Shown here: one piece after another, positions 58,088 through 64,000 of the stretch
How the letters are laid out: each line of letters begins with the position of its first letter
Numbering within the stretch: the first letter of the stretch is position 1
Assembly (NCBI GenBank): GCA_048938385.1
Contig: JBHLMG010000002.1
Coordinates: 1 to 64,000, forward strand
Length of the DNA: 64,000 nt
Direction: 5' to 3'
DNA from: Promethearchaeota archaeon
GTDB lineage: Archaea; Asgardarchaeota; Hermodarchaeia; Hermodarchaeales; Hermodarchaeaceae
Program-made: the position numbers and the translations under genes
Notes under the pieces: generated by a model
The model's input: the letters and a program-made list of their open reading frames with translations, nothing else
Databases searched by the model: none
Told to the model about the DNA's origin: nothing

Positions 58088-58618
58088 GAACATGACCATA
58101 ACGAACCATAGAATTATCGCTGAAACTATGAGCCCAATGCCATTGCCGATTAACCAGGCTCTCTCGTATGCCTTGGGAACTTTTGTTATGTTACCTGGAG
58201 GGGCTATTTGGCTCTTTTCAATATATTCGAATGCTTCAAGTGGATTTTTCAGAAATCGGTTTAGAACTGATCGGCTACTGGGATTAAGGTCCAGGAACAA
58301 GTGTCCCGCACAGCTCAATAAGAAAATTGTAATGAAGTAACGATCAACTGTAACCCACCAACCTAAGAAATATGTGGGGAGGAAGAAGAATCCTACAATT
58401 GTCAGAGGTGCAAGAACGCTATGGGTGACTATGGAGCGGTGTCCAAGAAGGGGCTTCCAATGGAAGTCAAAATCAGGAAAGATGCCACCAACCCAGGCAA
58501 CCAGGAAAAACCAGAAGCTAAAGGCCGCAGGTAATATTGAAGGAAAAATGTAAGTCAATATTGCCCAGCCGATCACAAAGGCGATAGTGGTGAGGAAGAT
58601 GTGGTCCCAACCATTCAT
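58079..58618 (-). CDS. Membrane metal-dependent hydrolase (YdjM-like)
   Basis: N-terminal His, FPDFD, HRSIVTHS, GHLFLD. Confidence 0.85.
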   Translation of the reverse strand: MNGWDHIFLTTIAFVIGWAILTYIFPSILPAAFSFWFFLVAWVGGIFPDFDFHWKPLLGHRSIVTHSVLAPLTIVGFFFLPTYFLGWWVTVDRYFITIFLLSCAGHLFLDLNPSSRSVLNRFLKNPLEAFEYIEKSQIAPPGNITKVPKAYERAWLIGNGIGLIVSAIILWFVMVMFLP

Positions 58619-58697
58619 ATGTTTTCACCGTCCTTTTCTGGGCTTTGACCTTCCCTAAAAGGCTTAGCTTTTTTCCTTGCTCCCTTTAGCGCTAGGC

Positions 58698-59516
58698 TTA
58701 GATTTCCTGAAGTTGAGGTAGTATGTCGAGGACACCATATCCAATTTTGTGAAAGGCTTCGGCATAGGGAATTTTTTTGTGTCTCCCAATTTGTTGAGCT
58801 GTACGGGTCACCCATAAGCGTACAAAAGCTTTCCATTCTAATTGATTAAGGGTGGGAATGTTAAACCCTGACTGATCCAGGCGGTTCATGGATTCCTGTA
58901 GCATCATTTGCATCTGACTTTCGTATTGTTCTACTGCTCTTATCTTCTTCTCCAGCGTTGTGCTAATATCAATGAAAGTGTTTGGGGTTGAACTCGTCCA
59001 CCCATAATACCAGTTCACTAAATGAGGTTTTAATCCCCGAGTTTGTTGGTTGGGATAATACAAAGGAAAGTGACTCGTATAACAGGCTTCGTAAAGGGTG
59101 CGTCCAACAGCCTGATGATCAGGATGCGGATCATAAGGAATGGCAGGATCAAAGCTTAAGACAATTTCAGGCTGCACTCGTCTCACGATCTCAGTATAAT
59201 GTTCCCGGAGTACTACACCGGCAGCGAGCTCGCCGTCAGGAACATCCAAATAAATGACTTCTTTAGTACCCAACACATCAGCAGCATTTTGGGATTCACG
59301 TTTCTCAGTTTCAATCATCTCCTCCAAGGTTTTTGAAGAATCAAGTGTCCCCTTTTCCCCATAGGTTGAACATAAATTCACAATCGTATGTCCATCCTCA
59401 GCTAATAACGCAATAGTACCCCCTGCAAAAAGAGCTGCATCATCAGGGTGTGCTTCCACCACAAGAATGGTTTTCGGTTCCTTTAAATCAAAAATACCTC
59501 TTTTCAACAAGTACAC
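58698..59516 (-). CDS. PIG-L/LmbE family deacetylase
   Basis: AHPDD, TYGEKG, HPDH, YESQ, AEAF. Confidence 0.92.
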   Translation of the reverse strand: MYLLKRGIFDLKEPKTILVVEAHPDDAALFAGGTIALLAEDGHTIVNLCSTYGEKGTLDSSKTLEEMIETEKRESQNAADVLGTKEVIYLDVPDGELAAGVVLREHYTEIVRRVQPEIVLSFDPAIPYDPHPDHQAVGRTLYEACYTSHFPLYYPNQQTRGLKPHLVNWYYGWTSSTPNTFIDISTTLEKKIRAVEQYESQMQMMLQESMNRLDQSGFNIPTLNQLEWKAFVRLWVTRTAQQIGRHKKIPYAEAFHKIGYGVLDILPQLQEI

Positions 59517-59610
59517 CCTGATTGAATCTGTTTACACCTTTCAAAGTAGAACTTAAAATCCTGATGCCATACCATCTAGTCAACGCGATATATTCAAGGA
59601 GACAACCTAA

Positions 59611-60546
59611 ATGACCAAATCCTCCACTCCCACTAAACCTGTTGTTGTTCAAATTGGTGAGGTTACCCTTGGTGGGAATCGTGGAGAGTATCCCACAACG
59701 CTTATTCTTTCTACATTCCATAGTCGGGACCGTATCGTATCCAATCATAAGCTGGGACACTTCGATAAACGTCGAGCGACACGATACCTCAATCGAGCCA
59801 TGAATTTGAGTCAAACTACAGGGAACCCACTTATCTTGGATGTTCTGGCTGAGACTCCTAAAGCAATGGTGACATACCTAACCTATTTATCGGAAGTGGC
59901 TGAATCTGTTCCATTCCTTATTGATAGTAGTTCGTCTGCAGCTCGTCAAGCAGGAATCCAATACATTCAGGAAATCGGACGAGCTGACCTAGCGATTTAT
60001 GATGCAATCACCCATCATACGAGTGACGAAGAACTGCAAGCACTTCAAGCTGCGAAAATCCAATCTGCTATTATCCTCGCGCATAATCCCTTAGATATTC
60101 GTCCCCGAGGGCGCTTAGAAGTTCTCCTAGGTACTCCTGAAGAACCTGGTTTAATTGCAAAAGCTGAAAAAGCTCAAATTACAAAACTGCTTATTGATAC
60201 CGTCGCTTTAGACCTCGCAGGATTAAGCCTTGCAGCTACTGCCATGCGTTTGGTAAAACAAGAGCTAGGGTTTCCAGTTGGTGCCGGTTCTGCCAACAGC
60301 GTTGCACTTTGGAACCGTTCCTCACGCATTTCTCCTGCAGCGAAACGATACCTAGCACCAGCTCTTTGTACCTACCTTCAATGCCATGGGGCTAACTTCA
60401 TTTTGGCAGGGCCTTTGCGCCGAGCTCCACGATTCTTCAGCACAGTCGCAGTGACTGATGCTTTGCTTTCGTACTCAGCCCCAGACGGATCCTATCCTGC
60501 ACCTACACCAAAATCTAAACAGCATCCTCGCTATACGATAATGTAA
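59611..60546 (+). CDS. MtrH-like pterin methyltransferase
   Basis: IGEVTLGGNRGEYPT, TGNP, PFLIDS, LIDT, GFPVGAG..N, GANF..GP. Confidence 0.88.
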   Translation: MTKSSTPTKPVVVQIGEVTLGGNRGEYPTTLILSTFHSRDRIVSNHKLGHFDKRRATRYLNRAMNLSQTTGNPLILDVLAETPKAMVTYLTYLSEVAESVPFLIDSSSSAARQAGIQYIQEIGRADLAIYDAITHHTSDEELQALQAAKIQSAIILAHNPLDIRPRGRLEVLLGTPEEPGLIAKAEKAQITKLLIDTVALDLAGLSLAATAMRLVKQELGFPVGAGSANSVALWNRSSRISPAAKRYLAPALCTYLQCHGANFILAGPLRRAPRFFSTVAVTDALLSYSAPDGSYPAPTPKSKQHPRYTIM

Positions 60547-60560
60547 TGCCCACAGCTTTT

Positions 60561-60815
60561 TTATTTTGACTTTGAATACTCTGCCAGACTTTTTTGCTTC
60601 GTCAAAACGGGTGTTTTTGACTCATCCTGCAATTGCTTTTCTTCCTTTTCGTACTCGTCAATGAGAATTGCCCGTTCTCGCACTAGACGCGGTCGGTTAC
60701 AGCATATAGTAATACCTGAAGGAAGGACGAGTTTTGATGTTAACTTACCGTGAACGCGAATTCGCTCCCCACAATGCTTGCACCGGTAAATGGTATAGTA
60801 TTTGAACCGTGTCAC
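60561..60815 (-). CDS. Small Zn-finger protein with a C-terminal PIP-box-like motif
   Basis: CKHCG...CCNRP, an acidic linker, and KQKSLAEY. Confidence 0.7.
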   Translation of the reverse strand: MTRFKYYTIYRCKHCGERIRVHGKLTSKLVLPSGITICCNRPRLVRERAILIDEYEKEEKQLQDESKTPVLTKQKSLAEYSKSK

Positions 60816-60983
60816 AGTAATCCAAGCCTGCTTAAACTAATAACTCTCAGTGAGAAGGTGTTGGTTATCTTAAAATGTTAGGATTCCTCTGAGGTTCTTC
60901 ACTCAGTAAATCTAATCACTTCTGCAAATACAATTTTGAGGAAGAAAGGTTTTGAACTCTAGTTCCCACGAAGGTAAATCGCA

Positions 60984-62231
60984 ATGCAACGAGATTTAGG
61001 TAACGATTTCATCATGCGACCTGCAACAAAGGCAGATCAAAAGGCCATCGAAACTACTGTAAAGACGGTCTTTGGAAAAACAGTTAGTCCGATGATTGAC
61101 CGACTCTTTACATACCATCCAGATTTCCCCTACTCTGACCACTTCCTCATTCTTGACACGAAGAGAAAACAAGTAGCTGCATACTTCTGCTTGTCCCGCT
61201 CAACCTGTGTACTTAACGATACTGAATTCCCTGTGGGGCACATGGAACTGGTTGCAACCTTACCCGATTATCGTCACCAAGGATTCATTCGTCGCCTTAA
61301 TGAGCTCTTCGAACAACGAGCGGAGCAATATCAACTTCCCCTCCTCGTAATCATCGGAATACCTTACTTTTACCGAAACCTTGGCTATGAATACGCAATC
61401 ACATTCGGTGGAACCCTTACCTTCCCAATAGAGCTAATACCTCTACTCAAAAAGACAGAAGACGAACCCGTTACTATTGAAGAAATTACAGAAAACACCT
61501 TCAATAGATATCTCAAGGCTCGTGACTACCGGAACTCCTACCTGGATTTCTATCGTAAAATCACACTCGCTGATTACGCGTACCTCACTCACGGAAACCT
61601 TGGAGATGACTCAGTCTATCGTTTCTATGTAATGAAACGAGGACACAATCTGCTAGGATGTTTTATGCTCTCAATTGGGTGGGGCTTTGTCGAAGTAAAT
61701 GAGCTTTGGGTGGATAATCTCTCTCATGTCACCTCAATGCTACGGTTCGTGAAAGCCATAGCCAAACGACGACGATTGCCGATACGAATCTATCTACCTT
61801 CTCGACCCGCACTTAAACCTGTTCTCGAAGAACTTAGCCGATCCAAATTCACCAAGCCTTACGCTTGGTATGTTCGTATCCCATCAGTTAAGCGATTCTT
61901 GGAAACCATCAAACCAGTTCTAGAGCAGCGACTCGCTCATTCGGATTTTTCTCACCTATCTGATTCAATTCGTATTGGCTGGTATCGTGCAGGTATAGAG
62001 ATTGTTTTCAAAGATGGAACGATCCAGGAAATCAGAGAAATCAAACGTGAGGAACCCAAAGATGTTCACGCTGCCATCCCGTTTCCTGCAATTTATCAGC
62101 TGTTAATGGGATACAAAACATTTGATGAGCTCTATCAGCTTTACCCCGACGCTGGTGGGCAGGCAATGAAACTGGCTCTCATTCAGGAACTTTTTCCGAA
62201 AATTCGTGCTCAACTTACACCTGATTTCTAA
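60984..62231 (+). CDS. GNAT acetyltransferase, Eis-like
   Basis: VATLPDYRHQG, GIPYFYRNLGY; C-terminal SCP2-like region. Confidence 0.88.
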   Translation: MQRDLGNDFIMRPATKADQKAIETTVKTVFGKTVSPMIDRLFTYHPDFPYSDHFLILDTKRKQVAAYFCLSRSTCVLNDTEFPVGHMELVATLPDYRHQGFIRRLNELFEQRAEQYQLPLLVIIGIPYFYRNLGYEYAITFGGTLTFPIELIPLLKKTEDEPVTIEEITENTFNRYLKARDYRNSYLDFYRKITLADYAYLTHGNLGDDSVYRFYVMKRGHNLLGCFMLSIGWGFVEVNELWVDNLSHVTSMLRFVKAIAKRRRLPIRIYLPSRPALKPVLEELSRSKFTKPYAWYVRIPSVKRFLETIKPVLEQRLAHSDFSHLSDSIRIGWYRAGIEIVFKDGTIQEIREIKREEPKDVHAAIPFPAIYQLLMGYKTFDELYQLYPDAGGQAMKLALIQELFPKIRAQLTPDF

Positions 62232-62248
62232 CAACCTTCTAGCGGAGC

Positions 62249-64000
62249 CTATACAAGTGGTTCTTCGGTAACTTCGGGTTTCACAGTGGTTAAAACTTGC
62301 ACACCTTGTAGAATCATACTTGCTGCTTCTAAGGCTCCATCCTTAAACAATGGTGTGTTGTTGTTACCACAGCGATACGAGAAAGTACACGCTGGACATC
62401 CTTCCATTGCTTCACAAGCACAATCTTGAATTATGATAGCGACACGGCGCCAAGCTTCCTCCAACCGGTCAAAGAGCAGTTTGGACAACCCACTACCACC
62501 TGGGCTACCATCGTAGATGAAAATCAACCCAGTTGCACCCATAGAAACACCACCCATCCCTTGACTCCCTCCGCCTGTAAGCATGTCACTACTTTCAATT
62601 AAGACATGTTCAAGGGCATGAAACCCTCCTACTGTTAGTTCCTCTTCTGTGATGGCTGTTTCTCCATTGGGCCTCGGTTGGGATGAAGGCTTTTCGAGCA
62701 GTTGCATCCAGGCTTTTACGGTCTTGATTGGCTGGGGTGCTGTAAAAAAGAAGCCCTTTGTCTGATAGGTAAATTCTAACGCTTTATCAAGGTCTTTTGT
62801 CCTCAAAACCTTGTCAGTGTAAATATCCTTGATCACATATCCCGTCACGACTTCGGTCATGCGTAAATCGGCATAATGAACAGTGAGGCCATACACTTGA
62901 CGAGAATTCAATACTCGTATAATCTCTGGGTTCACATGGCGTAAGGGCTGTGTCATTTCTCGGTGACCGGTTGGCAACCGTTTAACCACGGCTCGACCAA
63001 CATTGTGTCGATATTCGAACTCCAACGATTCATAGGTGTGTCCCGCATGGAGGTACAAGGCTCCAGGGTGGAGTTCTCCCATGGCAATTGGCATTTGGCG
63101 TTCACCAATGATTTTGCCTTCATGGATAATTTGTACACTGTCACCAATACCTCGAATCGAGTAATGCGCAAGAGAGCGTCGTGCGGTGATGATATCTGGT
63201 TTCAAAAAGCCATTAGATTTCCTGAGTAGCTTCTCCTCAAGTAAAAGTTGGAGAACTGTTTGAAACTCTTGAAATTCCTTCGATTTAATTGGAGAATCAA
63301 GTGCAGCAGCTAAAAGTTGATGATGAGCCACAACCTCGTTCTGCGGTTCAACATATGCTGCATCGATATCGGTGAAATAGTCATCAGGGTGTTCACGGTA
63401 ATAGGTGCTAATCGCTTCGTTAGCCCGAAGCGCCAACACAGCCACACTTTCTTGTCCCTTTCGTCCAGCCCGACCAATTCGTTGAGTTAGTCGGGTGATG
63501 CCCACTAACATGGACAAAACACCATCCAGATCTCCAATATCAATCCCCAACTCCAGAGTGGGCGTAGAAACCAATAAATCCAATTCACCATTCCGGAACG
63601 CATCTTCTACTTTCTGTCGATAGCTCATGGGGAGCCCCGCTCGATGAACAGCACTGGAAAGCCGAGTTCGGCGAGCAATGAGATTGATGACTTCAGCGTT
63701 CTTATGAGTATTAGCAAAGATGAGGGTTTTGAGGTTATGACGGACTAGCTCTTGGGCGACGCTAGCAATCATGGAACTCTGACTCACCCGTTCTGGATAA
63801 AGCATCAGAAAATGTATGATACCTCTCTTCGCAGTATCACATTGAATTGGAGTGACCGATCGACCAAAGAGCAGTTCAGTGAATTCCTGCGCATTCGCAA
63901 CTGTTGCTGAAGCTCCAATGAGCTGCAACGGTGGACAAAGGCGTTGGAGGCGACGCAATAGAAAATGAACATTGGATCCAAAGGCACCCACATAAACATG
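62249..64000 (-). CDS. DEAH helicase with DUF1998 Zn domain (Hrq1/MrfA/SftH family); N-terminus lies outside the window
   Basis: HVYVGAFGSNV, GASAT, HRAG, TLELGIDIG, QRIGRAGR, HALEH, YDGSPGGSG, CAC..GCPAC..C. Confidence 0.94.
   Translation of the reverse strand, partial: HVYVGAFGSNVHFLLRRLQRLCPPLQLIGASATVANAQEFTELLFGRSVTPIQCDTAKRGIIHFLMLYPERVSQSSMIASVAQELVRHNLKTLIFANTHKNAEVINLIARRTRLSSAVHRAGLPMSYRQKVEDAFRNGELDLLVSTPTLELGIDIGDLDGVLSMLVGITRLTQRIGRAGRKGQESVAVLALRANEAISTYYREHPDDYFTDIDAAYVEPQNEVVAHHQLLAAALDSPIKSKEFQEFQTVLQLLLEEKLLRKSNGFLKPDIITARRSLAHYSIRGIGDSVQIIHEGKIIGERQMPIAMGELHPGALYLHAGHTYESLEFEYRHNVGRAVVKRLPTGHREMTQPLRHVNPEIIRVLNSRQVYGLTVHYADLRMTEVVTGYVIKDIYTDKVLRTKDLDKALEFTYQTKGFFFTAPQPIKTVKAWMQLLEKPSSQPRPNGETAITEEELTVGGFHALEHVLIESSDMLTGGGSQGMGGVSMGATGLIFIYDGSPGGSGLSKLLFDRLEEAWRRVAIIIQDCACEAMEGCPACTFSYRCGNNNTPLFKDGALEAASMILQGVQVLTTVKPEVTEEPLV

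Noticed and set aside
1-64000. CRISPR arrays, tRNA/rRNA genes, IS elements, proviral genes and selenoprotein UGA codons in hdrA/mvhD
   Set aside because: None seen by eye. The hdr frames are uninterrupted and use Cys. A tRNAscan-SE/Infernal run would be needed to exclude split or intron-containing tRNAs.

Overview
A gene-dense, roughly mid-40s% GC archaeal window that most likely comes from an Asgard archaeon. This is inferred from three Rab-like small GTPases, a tandem roadblock protein, a presenilin-like GxGD protease, Topo VI, RadA, isopentenyl phosphate kinase, geranylgeranyl reductase, an HdrA-MvhD/HdrC/HdrB operon and an MtrH-like methyltransferase. I found no rRNA, tRNA, CRISPR array, transposase or integrase. 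The ORF track misses several features: a truncated radA at the left edge (minus strand), a decayed MglA-type GTPase pseudogene directly behind the tandem-roadblock gene, a GC-rich and extensively base-paired ~200-nt intergenic element (candidate new ncRNA), and an ECF S-component whose N-terminus seems to need a non-canonical ATT start. Other leads are two ATPase-dead RecA/Rad51-fold paralogs (one with a C-terminal PCNA-binding-like motif), a small Zn-finger protein with a PIP-like motif, a eukaryote-type CIA2/FAM96-like DUF59 protein near a cysteine desulfurase and a Cys-rich regulator with paired operators, an RNase HII-like/IPK fusion, a circularly permuted peptide-binding protein, and several pseudo-enzymes. 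All family calls come from motif recognition by eye; no database searches were run.
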